This document shows positions 29,578 to 39,106 of a DNA stretch of 47,667 nt, piece after piece (positions within the stretch are counted from its first letter, which is position 1; every line of letters begins with the position of its first letter). The notes under the pieces are model-generated. The model saw only the letters and a list, made by a program, of their open reading frames with translations. It had not been told where the DNA came from and searched no databases. Where the stretch lies: NCBI GenBank assembly GCA_043800755.1, contig JAZDMQ010000127.1:1-47667 (forward strand), written 5' to 3'. This stretch comes from a bacterium (GTDB lineage: Bacteria > Methylomirabilota > Methylomirabilia > CAVQYV01). The position numbers and the translations under genes were made by a program.

Positions 29578-30609
29578 TTGAGACTGAGCGATTTATCCCG
29601 AGAGCTCTCCTGTCAATTGGTAGGGGAGGGCGAGGTGGAGATTCGAGGGGTCGCTGACATCCGAGAGGCGCAGGAGGGGGAGCTGACCTTCGTGGCCGAT
29701 GCCCGCCATTTCAAGTATCTGGAAGGGTGTCAGGCCTCGGCGGTCATCCTCTCCTTTGCCGCCCCCCCCTCGGCCAGACCCAACCTGCGCACCGATAACC
29801 CGTATTTAGCCTTTGCCAGGGCGTTGGAGATCCTTCACCCTGGGGAACATCCTGCGCCGGGAGTGCACCCCGCGGCCATTTTGGAAGAGGGGGTCAAGCT
29901 GGGCGAGGGGGTGTCCATCGGGGCCCTCACTTTTGTGGGGCGAGGTGCTGAGATCGGCGACCATTCCATTCTCTTCCCTCAGGTCTATGTAGGGCCAGGC
30001 AGTCGCATGGGGAAGGGTTGCATTTTGCATCCCCAGGTGATGGTGCGGGAAGGGGTCCGGATTGGGGATCGGGTCATCATTCATTCCGGGGCGGTCTTGG
30101 GAAGCGACGGCTTTGGATACGCCAAGCAGGGCGATGGCCGCTATTATAAGATCCCCCAGATCGGGGGGGTGACCATCGAGGATGAGGTGGAGATCGGGGC
30201 CAATGTCACCATCGATCGAGCCACCTTGGGGCAGACCCGGATCGGCCGGGGGACCAAGATCGATAACCTGGTTCAGGTCGCCCACAATGTCCAGGTGGGT
30301 CAGGATACGATTATCATTTCCCAGGTGGGCATCGCCGGGAGCACTAAAATCGGCAATCGGGTCACCCTGGCAGGCCAGGCGGGAATCATTGGACACATTG
30401 AGATCGGCGATGATTGCATCGTGGGTTCGCAATCCGGGGTAGGGGAGGACCTAAAACCTGGCTCCGTCGTGACGGGAAGCCCGGCGATCCCTCATCCCCT
30501 CTGGAGGAGGATGGCCGTTTCCCTGCCCCGATTGCCCGAGCTGCTCAAATCCATCCGTGCACTGGAGAAACGCCTGAAGGATTTGGAGCGAAGGAAATCT
30601 GAGGATTAG
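29578..30609 (+). CDS. lpxD: UDP-3-O-acyl-glucosamine N-acyltransferase
   Basis: NPYLAFA, hexapeptide repeats, GSDGFGY, KIPQIG and [12 protein letters not shown]. Confidence 0.96.
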   Translation: MRLSDLSRELSCQLVGEGEVEIRGVADIREAQEGELTFVADARHFKYLEGCQASAVILSFAAPPSARPNLRTDNPYLAFARALEILHPGEHPAPGVHPAAILEEGVKLGEGVSIGALTFVGRGAEIGDHSILFPQVYVGPGSRMGKGCILHPQVMVREGVRIGDRVIIHSGAVLGSDGFGYAKQGDGRYYKIPQIGGVTIEDEVEIGANVTIDRATLGQTRIGRGTKIDNLVQVAHNVQVGQDTIIISQVGIAGSTKIGNRVTLAGQAGIIGHIEIGDDCIVGSQSGVGEDLKPGSVVTGSPAIPHPLWRRMAVSLPRLPELLKSIRALEKRLKDLERRKSED

Positions 30610-30638
30610 GCCTCTTCGCGGCGCAAAGGAGAGAATCT

Positions 30639-31091
30639 ATGATGGATATCAATCAAATTCGGCGACTCCTTCCCCATCGATATCCCTTCCTCTTGATTGA
30701 CCGCATCCTGGAGTTAGAGCTGGGGAAGAGGATCGTAGGGCTCAAGAATGTGACGATGAATGAGCCCTATTTCATGGGCCATTTTCCCGACTACCCCATT
30801 ATGCCGGGGGTCTTGATCCTGGAGTCGCTGGCCCAGGCCGGAGGGATCTTGGTGAAAAAGACCCTCAACTTGTCTGATGATAAGCTGATGGTTCTTCTGG
30901 GATTGGATAAGGCCAAATTCCGCAAGCCGGTCTTTCCCGGAGACCAGCTCCGCCTGGAGGTGGAGTTAATCAGCCTCCGCCCAAGGTCTGTGAAGGCCAA
31001 GGGGAAGGCCTTCGTAGAGGGGACCTTGGTGGCCGAGGCCGAAATGTTCACTATGATTGTGGATCGCGCCCAGGTAGGGGAGGGCGATTGA
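30639..31091 (+). CDS. fabZ: 3-hydroxyacyl-ACP dehydratase
   Basis: LPHRYPFLLIDR, GHFP..PIMPGVLILESLAQ and FRKPVFPGD. Confidence 0.97.
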   Translation: MMDINQIRRLLPHRYPFLLIDRILELELGKRIVGLKNVTMNEPYFMGHFPDYPIMPGVLILESLAQAGGILVKKTLNLSDDKLMVLLGLDKAKFRKPVFPGDQLRLEVELISLRPRSVKAKGKAFVEGTLVAEAEMFTMIVDRAQVGEGD

Positions 31092-31147
31092 AGTGGCCAA
31101 TCCTACCCCATCCGCCAAACTGACCTTTGATTGCGTGAGAGAATGAG

Positions 31148-31978
31148 ATGACCAAGGATCCCTCCATGACATTTGAACATCCCTCCTCCCCAGCGGCGGG
31201 GAGCCCCAATATCCACCCCACTGCGATTGTAGAGCCCGGGGCGAAGATCGGAGAAGGGTGCACCATTGGGCCCTATTCGCACATCGGCCAGCATGTCTCC
31301 ATCGGCGGGCACACCCAAATCGGCTCCCTTGTGGTCATCGAGGGATGGACAGAAGTGGGGAGCGGCTGTCAGATCTCCTCCCACGCCATCTTGGGCACTC
31401 CCCCCCAGCATCTCAAATATCAGGGAGAGGAAACCCATCTGCAGATCGGTCAGCAGACGGTCATCCGGGAGTTCGTCACCATCAACCGGGCCACGGTAGA
31501 GGGAGGAGGCAGGACGGTCGTCGGCGACGGGAACTTCATCATGGCCTACTCGCACATTGGCCACGATTGCATCCTGGGAAATCATATCATTATGGCCAAC
31601 GGGGCTTCCCTGGGGGGGCATGTGGTGATTGAGGATTACGCCAATGTGGGGGGAATCACCGGGGTTCACCAGTTCGTCAGGATTGGCTGCCATGCCATGG
31701 TGGGGGCCTATTCGGGGATTGGCCAGGATGTGCCCCCCTATATGATGGTCTCGGGGATTCGGGCCAAACCTTACGGGCTGAATCTGGTCGGCCTGCGGAG
31801 GCATCATTTTCCTCCCCAGACCTTGAAGGCGTTGAAGGAGGCGAGCCGGATCCTCTTTTTCTCCAATCTCAACACCTCTCAGGCCCTGGCCAGGATTGAG
31901 GCGGAGATAGAAGCTCTTCCTGAAATCAAGCATTTGGTAGAGTTCATCCAGGCCTCCAAGAGAGGCATTAGCAGGTGA
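31148..31978 (+). CDS. lpxA: UDP-N-acetylglucosamine acyltransferase
   Basis: IHPTAIV, PQHLKY.GE, IREFVTINRAT, HIGHDC, VHQFVRIG, QDVPPY and GLNLVGLRR. Confidence 0.96.
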   Translation: MTKDPSMTFEHPSSPAAGSPNIHPTAIVEPGAKIGEGCTIGPYSHIGQHVSIGGHTQIGSLVVIEGWTEVGSGCQISSHAILGTPPQHLKYQGEETHLQIGQQTVIREFVTINRATVEGGGRTVVGDGNFIMAYSHIGHDCILGNHIIMANGASLGGHVVIEDYANVGGITGVHQFVRIGCHAMVGAYSGIGQDVPPYMMVSGIRAKPYGLNLVGLRRHHFPPQTLKALKEASRILFFSNLNTSQALARIEAEIEALPEIKHLVEFIQASKRGISR

Positions 31979-31979
31979 G

Positions 31980-32783
31980 ATGCAAGAACAGATCGGCCTG
32001 ATCGCCGGAGAGGGCAGATTTCCTTTTCTGGTGGCGCAAGCGGCGAGGGAGAAGGGCCTGAGGATCGTTGCCGCGGCGATCAAAGAGGAGGCCTCACCCG
32101 AGTTAAGCCAGGCGGTGGACTGCATCTACTGGCTCCATGTGGGGGAGTTGGGCAAGCTCATCCGGTCGTTCCAGCGGGAGGGGATCCGACAGGCGGTTAT
32201 GGCGGGGAAGATCCAGAAGCGGCACCTCTTCTCCCAGATCAAACCGGACTTGCGGGCCACCCTCCTCTATCTGCGCCTGAAGGAGAAGAACGACGATGCC
32301 ATTCTGAAGGCCATCTGCGACGAGTTGCAGAGCGAGGGGATCGAATTGGTGGAGTGCACTTCCCTGATCTCCAGCCTGCTGGCCCCGCAGGGAGTCTTGA
32401 CCTCTCGTCCTCCCAGCGAATGGGAACGGAAGGACATTGAATTTGGCAGGAGGATGGCCCGGGCCATCGCCGGCCTGGATATTGGGCAGACGGTGGTAGT
32501 GAAGAATTGCGCGGTGCTGGCGGTGGAGGCCATCGAGGGGACCAATTTGGCGATCCGCCGGGGAGCGGAGTGGGGAGGCGAGGGCGTGGTGGTGGTGAAG
32601 GTGGCCAAGCCCCAACAGGATCTAAGGTTCGATGTCCCCGTGGTGGGGCCAGACACCTTGGAGGTGATGAGAGAGGTGAAGGCCTCGGTCCTGGCCCTGG
32701 AGGCGGGGAAGGTTATTATCGTCGATAAAGAGGAGATGCTGAAGGCAGCAGAGGAGGCGAAGATCTCCATCGTCGCCGATTGA
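31980..32783 (+). CDS. lpxI: UDP-2,3-diacylglucosamine pyrophosphatase LpxI
   Basis: IGLIAGEGRFP, DIGQTVVV, AVEAIEGT and KP.QDLRFDVPVVG. Confidence 0.92.
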   Translation: MQEQIGLIAGEGRFPFLVAQAAREKGLRIVAAAIKEEASPELSQAVDCIYWLHVGELGKLIRSFQREGIRQAVMAGKIQKRHLFSQIKPDLRATLLYLRLKEKNDDAILKAICDELQSEGIELVECTSLISSLLAPQGVLTSRPPSEWERKDIEFGRRMARAIAGLDIGQTVVVKNCAVLAVEAIEGTNLAIRRGAEWGGEGVVVVKVAKPQQDLRFDVPVVGPDTLEVMREVKASVLALEAGKVIIVDKEEMLKAAEEAKISIVAD

Positions 32784-32876
32784 AGAGCGTGTAGCCTCGT
32801 GCCCCGCAGTGGGGATGCCGGGGCGCGTCCATCCAATCCAGGAAGGGCAAAGGCAGTAGAGAAGGGACAGCCAGAG

Positions 32877-33812
32877 ATGAAGAAGTTAAAGGTCGGGGTG
32901 GTGGGGGTAGGTCATTTGGGCCAGCATCATGCCCGGATCTATGCCCAGATGCCCGAGGTGGAGCTAGTGGGCATTGTGGATATCAACGAAAGAAGGGCCA
33001 AAGAGGTGGGCCTCAAGTTCAAGGTCCCTCACTACCTGGAGGCGAGTTCCCTCTATGATGAGGTGAAGGCAGTGAGCGTTGCCGTTCCCACCATTTCCCA
33101 TTGTAGCGTGGCCAGGGGCTTTTTAGAGCGGGGCATCGATGTGTTGGTGGAGAAGCCCATTGCCAGCAATCAAGAAGAGGCGGAGGATTTGGTTCGTTTG
33201 GCGGCGTCGAAGGATTGCATCCTCCAGGTCGGCCATGTGGAGAGGTTCAATAACGGCTTCCAAATCTTCCAGGGCCTGGTGAAAAACCCCAAATTCATCG
33301 AGTGCCACCGGCTTGGCTCCTTCGCCGAGAGGGGCACCGATGTTGATGTCGTCCTCGACCTAATGATCCATGACCTGGATATCGTCTTGAGCCTGGAAAG
33401 ATCTCCCTTGAAGGAGATCAATGCCGTGGGCATCCCGGTGCTTTCCCCCCATGTGGATATTGCCAATGCGCGCCTGCAATTCGAATCTGGATGCGTGGCG
33501 AACCTGACCGCCAGCCGAGTCAGCATGGAAAAGATGAGGAAAATCCGTGTCTTTCAAGAGGATGTCTATCTCGCCCTCAATTATGCCACCCAGGAGATCT
33601 CGTGTTACAAGAAGGAGAAATCCGGTCGCCTTTCGCCCTATGGCCTCCCGTACATCGGGAAGGAGGAGATTCGGGTGGAGAGGGGAGAGCCCTTGCAGAG
33701 TGAACTGGAGAGCTTCCTCCATTGCGTCAGGGAGCGAGAGAGGCCCTTGATCTCAGGGGAGGAAGGGAAAAGGGCCCTCGTGGTGGCCTGCCAGATCAAG
33801 GAGAGGTTCTGA
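32877..33812 (+). CDS. Gfo/Idh/MocA oxidoreductase, GnnA-like (UDP-GlcNAc 3-dehydrogenase)
   Basis: GVGHLG.HHAR, LVEKPI, QVGHVERFN, DVVLDLMIHD and ANLTASRVS; lies between lpxI and lpxB. Confidence 0.8.
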   Translation: MKKLKVGVVGVGHLGQHHARIYAQMPEVELVGIVDINERRAKEVGLKFKVPHYLEASSLYDEVKAVSVAVPTISHCSVARGFLERGIDVLVEKPIASNQEEAEDLVRLAASKDCILQVGHVERFNNGFQIFQGLVKNPKFIECHRLGSFAERGTDVDVVLDLMIHDLDIVLSLERSPLKEINAVGIPVLSPHVDIANARLQFESGCVANLTASRVSMEKMRKIRVFQEDVYLALNYATQEISCYKKEKSGRLSPYGLPYIGKEEIRVERGEPLQSELESFLHCVRERERPLISGEEGKRALVVACQIKERF

Positions 33813-33906
33813 CCGGGACACGCCACACGCATTTCCGATTCCGGAGGATTCGCCCGAGGGGCGATCCGCTTCGCTTCCCCTGGGCGGGGAGAGGCCAGCG
33901 ACTTCG

Positions 33907-35091
33907 ATGAGCAGGAAGGTGATGATGGTCGCCGGTGAGGCCTCGGGAGACCTTCATGGGGCGGGTCTGGCGAGAGAGCTGAGGATTCTCCTGCCGGAAG
34001 TGGAGATCATAGGTATGGGCGGGGATCGGATGGCGGGGGAGGGCGTACGGCTGCTCGCCCATTGCTCCGAATCCTCGGTGGTGGGCACGGTGGAGGTTCT
34101 GGAATCGGCAGGGGCGATTGCCCGCTCCTTCTTACTCCTTTACCAGGCCCTGAAAGCGGAGTGCCCGGAGCTGCTGATCCTGATCGACTTCCCCGATTTC
34201 AACCTTCTGCTGGGGAGGCTGGCCAAGAGAAAGAAGATCCCCATCATCTATTACATCAGCCCCCAGATCTGGGCCTGGCGATCAGGCAGGCTGAAGACCC
34301 TGCGCAGGCTGGTCGATCAGGTGCTGGTTATCCTTCCCTTTGAAGAGGCGCTGTATAGGAGGGTGGGGGTGGATGCTCATTTCGTAGGCCATCCCCTCCT
34401 CGAGCGGGTGAGGCCCACCCTTCCCCGGGAGGAAGTGCGGTCACAGCTCGGGATTGGGGAAGGCAGTCAGCTCATCGGGCTCCTGCCCGGCAGTCGCAGA
34501 GGGGAGGTGCGGCGACATCTCCCCCTGTTGGTGGAGACCGCCTCCCTGTTAAAGGGAGAAGACCCGGGGTTGTCTTTTGTCATCTCCCAGGCCGAATCCA
34601 TCGATGATGCAACCCTGAGGGCCTTTCTTCCTGAAGGGCAGAGGGTCTGGCCGGTGTGGAGAGGCAGGCCTTATGACCTGATTAATGCCGCGGACTTCCT
34701 CATCGTGGCCTCCGGCACGGTCACCCTGGAGGCGGGGATGCTGGGTACCCCGATGGTGATCATCTATCGCCTCTCCTGGATTTCCTGGGTGCTGGGGAAG
34801 ATGATGGTGCGGGTGAAGCAGGTGGGGTTGATCAATCTGGTCTTGGGACGGGAGGTCGTCCCGGAGCTTCTGCAGAATGAGGCGAGGCCGGAGAAGATCG
34901 CCCCGGTCGTCCGGGCCCTCTTGCAGGATCGTGGTCAGAGGGAGGTCATAAGAGAGGAGCTTCTCGCGGTGCGGTCTCGGCTGGGAGAAGAGGGCGCTTC
35001 GCACCGGGCGGCCTTACACATTGCCCGATTCCTGCAGGGCGGAGGTCGACCCCCTTCTCCGGAGGTCGTTTCCGGGTTAGCGGGCAAATAG
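33907..35091 (+). CDS. lpxB: Lipid-A-disaccharide synthase
   Basis: AGEASGDLHG, IDFPDFN, SPQIWAWR, ILPFE, VGHPL, LLPGSR and SGTVTLE. Confidence 0.96.
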   Translation: MSRKVMMVAGEASGDLHGAGLARELRILLPEVEIIGMGGDRMAGEGVRLLAHCSESSVVGTVEVLESAGAIARSFLLLYQALKAECPELLILIDFPDFNLLLGRLAKRKKIPIIYYISPQIWAWRSGRLKTLRRLVDQVLVILPFEEALYRRVGVDAHFVGHPLLERVRPTLPREEVRSQLGIGEGSQLIGLLPGSRRGEVRRHLPLLVETASLLKGEDPGLSFVISQAESIDDATLRAFLPEGQRVWPVWRGRPYDLINAADFLIVASGTVTLEAGMLGTPMVIIYRLSWISWVLGKMMVRVKQVGLINLVLGREVVPELLQNEARPEKIAPVVRALLQDRGQREVIREELLAVRSRLGEEGASHRAALHIARFLQGGGRPPSPEVVSGLAGK

Positions 35092-35164
35092 AAGGACAAA
35101 GGAGTTCTTGGGAGGTGGGGATCCCCCACCGCCGGTGGCGGGAACCTCCCATCTTGGGTCACCC

Positions 35165-36958
35165 ATGAAGAGCTATAGACGACTTCTGCAATATGTAACA
35201 CCTTATCGGGGGCGACTTCTTCTGGCCGGCTTGTGCATGGTCTTGGTCGCTGGAACCACCGGGGCCTCGGCGATGCTCATGAAGAATGTGGTGGATGATA
35301 TCTTCACCGACCACAATGTGACCATGTTGAAGCTGCTGTCCCTGGCGGTGCTCCTCCTCTACTTGCTCAAAGGGGTTTCCAGTTACGGGCAGGAATATCT
35401 GCTGGGCTGGGTGGGGCAGAAGGTAGTCTCGGACCTCCGGAACAGGCTCTACGAGCACATCCAGGGCCTTTCTTTGAATTTCTTCGTCCAGACGCCCACC
35501 GGTCAGATCGTCTCTCGGATTATGAGCGATGTGGGCCTTCTGCAATCCGCGGTGACCGGGGTGTTGGTCAACCTGATCAAAGAGCCTTTCACCATCCTCT
35601 TTCTGATGGGGGTGCTTTTTTACCGGCATTGGCAGTTGGCCATCGTGTCCCTGATCGTTCTGCCCCTCTGTGCCCTCCCCCTGGTGCGTTTCGGTAGGTC
35701 TCTGCGCAAGGTAGGCAGGCGGGCCCAGGAGAAAATGGCCGATATGAATATCCACCTGCAAGAGACCATCACCGGGGCGCACATCGTCAAGGCCTTCTTG
35801 ATGGAGGAAAAGGAGGCGCAGCGCTTTGCCGAGCACAATGCGAGCTATTTCCAGCAACTCATGCGGGCGGAACAGGTGAAGGCCCTCACCAGTCCAGTCA
35901 TGGAGTTTATCGGGGGGATCGGCTTGGCCTTCGTCATCTGGTATGGTGGCTTCCAGGTCATCAGAGGGGTGACCACGACCGGCTCTTTCTTTTCTTTCGT
36001 GGCCGCCCTCTTCCTGCTTTATGGGCCGATACGCAGCCTCTCCCGGGCGAACAATGTGATCCAACATTCGATGGCGGCGGCCGAGAGGATCTTTTATATC
36101 CTGGATCTCTCCCCGGAGGTGAAAGAGGACCCCCATGCCCATCCTCTCCGGTGGATGCGGGAGGGGGTGGAGTTCCGCGGCGTCGATTTCTCTTACGCCC
36201 AGACGGTGGTCCTCTCGGATATCTCCTTTCGGGTGAAATCGGGAGAGAAGGTGGCCATCGTCGGGGCGAGCGGGGCGGGCAAGAGCACCCTGGTCAACCT
36301 CATCCCTCGTTTCTTCGATGCGACCTCCGGCAGCATCCTGATTGATGGCCACGATATCCACAAGGTGACCCTCGATTCCCTCCGATCGCAGATGGGGATC
36401 GTCACCCAGGAGACGATCCTCTTTGACGACACGGTGGCCCATAACATCGCTTATGGAAGGGCGAATTATGAGCAGGAGGAGATTGTTGCGGCCGCCAAGG
36501 CGGCCAATGCCCATTCTTTCATCATGGCCATGCCCCAGGGCTATGAGACCATGATCGGAGAAAAGGGGGTGAAGCTCTCCGGGGGGGAAAGGCAGCGCAT
36601 CGCCATTGCCCGGGCCATCCTCAGGAACCCGCCCATCCTGATCCTGGACGAGGCGACCTCTGCCCTGGATACGGAATCGGAGATCCTGGTGCAGGAGGCA
36701 TTGGACCACCTGATGAAAGACCGGACCAGCTTCGTGATCGCCCATCGCCTTTCCACGATTCACGGGGCGGACTGGATCATTGTGCTCGAGGGAGGCAAGG
36801 TGGTGGAGTCGGGGAGACATGAGGCCCTCATGGCCCTCAACGGGGTCTACCGCCGCCTCTATGAATTGCAGTTTCAAAAGGAGGGGAGATGGACCTCTCC
36901 TGGTCGAGTCCTGGAGGTGCATGGCGAGGCGAGTCCGCACGGCAAGCTTGTGGATTAA
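35165..36958 (+). CDS. msbA: Lipid A export ABC transporter (fused TMD-NBD)
   Basis: 6-TM domain plus GASGAGKST, LSGGERQRIAIAR and LDEATSALD; between lpxB and waaA/lpxK. Start at MKSYRR. Confidence 0.9.
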   Translation: MKSYRRLLQYVTPYRGRLLLAGLCMVLVAGTTGASAMLMKNVVDDIFTDHNVTMLKLLSLAVLLLYLLKGVSSYGQEYLLGWVGQKVVSDLRNRLYEHIQGLSLNFFVQTPTGQIVSRIMSDVGLLQSAVTGVLVNLIKEPFTILFLMGVLFYRHWQLAIVSLIVLPLCALPLVRFGRSLRKVGRRAQEKMADMNIHLQETITGAHIVKAFLMEEKEAQRFAEHNASYFQQLMRAEQVKALTSPVMEFIGGIGLAFVIWYGGFQVIRGVTTTGSFFSFVAALFLLYGPIRSLSRANNVIQHSMAAAERIFYILDLSPEVKEDPHAHPLRWMREGVEFRGVDFSYAQTVVLSDISFRVKSGEKVAIVGASGAGKSTLVNLIPRFFDATSGSILIDGHDIHKVTLDSLRSQMGIVTQETILFDDTVAHNIAYGRANYEQEEIVAAAKAANAHSFIMAMPQGYETMIGEKGVKLSGGERQRIAIARAILRNPPILILDEATSALDTESEILVQEALDHLMKDRTSFVIAHRLSTIHGADWIIVLEGGKVVESGRHEALMALNGVYRRLYELQFQKEGRWTSPGRVLEVHGEASPHGKLVD

Positions 36959-36977
36959 CGGGAGAATCATGTATAAT
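36948..36977 (+). promoter_or_regulatory. Possible internal promoter before DUF374-waaA
   Basis: Perfect TATAAT (36972-36977) with a weak TTGTGG -35 at an 18-nt spacer. Confidence 0.4.
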
Positions 36978-37062
36978 GGCCTGAGAATTCGTTTCCTTTA
37001 AAGCTCTTCCCCAGGTTGCTGGGGGAGCTTCCGGGCGAATACCCCTTTCACCCTGTAGGGAT

Positions 37063-37821
37063 ATGACAAAGATCACTCGGCTGCTCCGAAAGCAAAAGTT
37101 CATCTTGGACTTGGGGGCAGTGGTTGGTTCATTCCTGCTCGATTCCCTCCATTGGACCCAACACACCTTTCATGTCTATGAAGATCAGGAGGCGAACGAA
37201 TCCCTCCTGCGCGGAGGAAGGAAAGTCATCTTCTGCTTTTGGCATGGAAGGCTGCTGATGGCCCCCTTTGCCTCCCAGATTCGAGAGATGGCGATTATGA
37301 TCAGCGAGCATCACGATGGCGATTTTGTGAGCCGATTCGCAGAGCGGTCAGGGTTCCAGAGCATCCGGGGTTCGGCGACGCGCGGGAGTCTGTCGGCCAT
37401 GAAGAAGATGATCGCCGCCCACAAGAGCGGACTGCACCTGGTCATCACCCCCGATGGCCCGAAGGGGCCCAAGGGCCAGGTGAAGTCCGGGGTCATTGAA
37501 TTGGCCAAGCTGACTGGGGCCCCGATCCTATCTTTTACCTTCGGGGCCTTTCCACGAAAGGTCCTCGATAGCTGGGATGAATTCGTCATCCCCCTCCCCT
37601 TTTCTACCTGCATCTTTGTCTGGGGAGCGCCCTTGTGGGTTCCGGGCGATGCCGATAAGGAGAAGATGGTCGAGGCCCAACGGACCCTCCAAGAAAGGAT
37701 GATGAGGATTACCCACCAGGCGGATGAACTCAGCCGGGAACTCTCCCGGAGAAGGAAATCCGGGCAGAAGGATATTGGGGCCGATCTGCTTGCCCAGGGA
37801 TTGGGGAAGGCCTCCGAATAA
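37063..37821 (+). CDS. DUF374 / lysophospholipid acyltransferase-family protein
   Basis: IFCFWHGRL, MISEHHDG, IRGSATRG, ITPDGPKGP and SWDEF.IPLPF. Confidence 0.85.
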   Translation: MTKITRLLRKQKFILDLGAVVGSFLLDSLHWTQHTFHVYEDQEANESLLRGGRKVIFCFWHGRLLMAPFASQIREMAIMISEHHDGDFVSRFAERSGFQSIRGSATRGSLSAMKKMIAAHKSGLHLVITPDGPKGPKGQVKSGVIELAKLTGAPILSFTFGAFPRKVLDSWDEFVIPLPFSTCIFVWGAPLWVPGDADKEKMVEAQRTLQERMMRITHQADELSRELSRRRKSGQKDIGADLLAQGLGKASE

Positions 37822-37822
37822 A

Positions 37823-39106
37823 ATGTACTCCCTCTACAGCGCTCTCCTCATCCTTTTTCTGCTCCTCTACCTCCCCCTTTCTTTCCTCAAGGACCCATTC
37901 TTCCGCAAATATCGTCGCAATTTAAAGGAGCGCTTTGGCATCTACCCACCGCGCCTGCTCGAGGGCCCGAGGGATCCTCGACCCTTGTGGATCCATGCCG
38001 TCTCCGTGGGGGAGATGATGGCGGCCTCGCCTCTAATCTCGGAGCTGACGAGGCAAAGGCCGGGAGAGAAGATAATCCTCTCCACGGTGACGGCCACGGG
38101 GAACCGGGTCGCCAGAGAGAAGTTCCCCGATGCCGGGGCCATCCTCTTCTTCCCCCTTGACTTTCGGTGGATCGTCGGCAGGTCACTACGGCAGCTTTGC
38201 CCTCGGGCAGTCCTCATCACGGAGACGGAACTCTGGCCTCATTTCCTCCGGTCCTGTGCGGAACGAGGGATCCCTTGCATTCTGATCAACGGCCGCCTAT
38301 CAGAGGCCTCCTTCCGGCGCTATCGATGGGTGAGGCCCTTTTTTCGGGATATGGTGAAAGGCATGCCCTTGCTCTGTATGCAAAGCGAGGCGGATCTGGC
38401 CCGAATGGTCGCATTGGGGGCCGACCCTTCCCGGGTCAGGTGGACGGGAAACCTCAAGTTCGACCAGTATGTGAAGGAAGAAGGCGAGGATCCGCGGCCT
38501 CGATTGCTGCAAGAGCTGATGATCGGAGAACCGATGCCTATCTTTATCGCCGGCTCCACCCACCGGGGGGAGGAGGAGGCCGCCATCGAAGCCTACTTGA
38601 CAGCGAAGCGGAAGGTCGCTAACCTCCTGCTCATCCTCGCCCCTCGCCATCCCGAAAGGCTGGCCGAGGTCGAGCGACTCTTGAGTGAGCGCGGCCTAAT
38701 TTACAGTCGGAGGAGTCTGCTCCGGACAGGGGTGCCGAGGGAAGGGGATGTCATCCTGCTAGATACGATGGGGGAGTTGGGCAAGATCTATAGCCTGGGT
38801 GCCGTCATCTTCGTGGGGGGAAGCCTGGCATCCGTAGGGGGGCATAATATCTTGGAGCCCGCCTTTTACGGCCGCCCCATCCTCATTGGTCCTCACATGG
38901 AGAACTTCAGGGAGATCGCGGAACTCTTCCTGTCTGGAGGGGGGGCGCTGACCGTCCGCGATGCCTCGGATTTGGGGCAGGGACTTCTTCGCTTCCTGCT
39001 GCACCCTGCTGAAGCCCAGGCAGTGGGAGAGGAGGCCCAAAAGATCCTGAGGAGGCATCGGGGTGCCACCCTGAGAACTCTGGAGGCATTGAAGGAATAT
39101 CTATGA
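37823..39106 (+). CDS. waaA: Kdo transferase
   Basis: WIHAVSVGE, ETELWP, NGRLS, GNLKFD, AGSTH.GEE, LAPRHPER, DTMGEL and GGHNILEP. Confidence 0.96.
   Translation: MYSLYSALLILFLLLYLPLSFLKDPFFRKYRRNLKERFGIYPPRLLEGPRDPRPLWIHAVSVGEMMAASPLISELTRQRPGEKIILSTVTATGNRVAREKFPDAGAILFFPLDFRWIVGRSLRQLCPRAVLITETELWPHFLRSCAERGIPCILINGRLSEASFRRYRWVRPFFRDMVKGMPLLCMQSEADLARMVALGADPSRVRWTGNLKFDQYVKEEGEDPRPRLLQELMIGEPMPIFIAGSTHRGEEEAAIEAYLTAKRKVANLLLILAPRHPERLAEVERLLSERGLIYSRRSLLRTGVPREGDVILLDTMGELGKIYSLGAVIFVGGSLASVGGHNILEPAFYGRPILIGPHMENFREIAELFLSGGGALTVRDASDLGQGLLRFLLHPAEAQAVGEEAQKILRRHRGATLRTLEALKEYL

Noticed and set aside
33813..35164. GC-rich hairpins in the short spacers at 33813-33906 and 35092-35164 as REP-like repeats or RNAs
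   Set aside because: They share no convincing sequence with each other and have no U tracts; such hairpins are expected at this GC content.
35159..36970. 603-aa minus-strand ORF
   Set aside because: Antisense shadow of msbA, a common artefact on ABC transporter genes.
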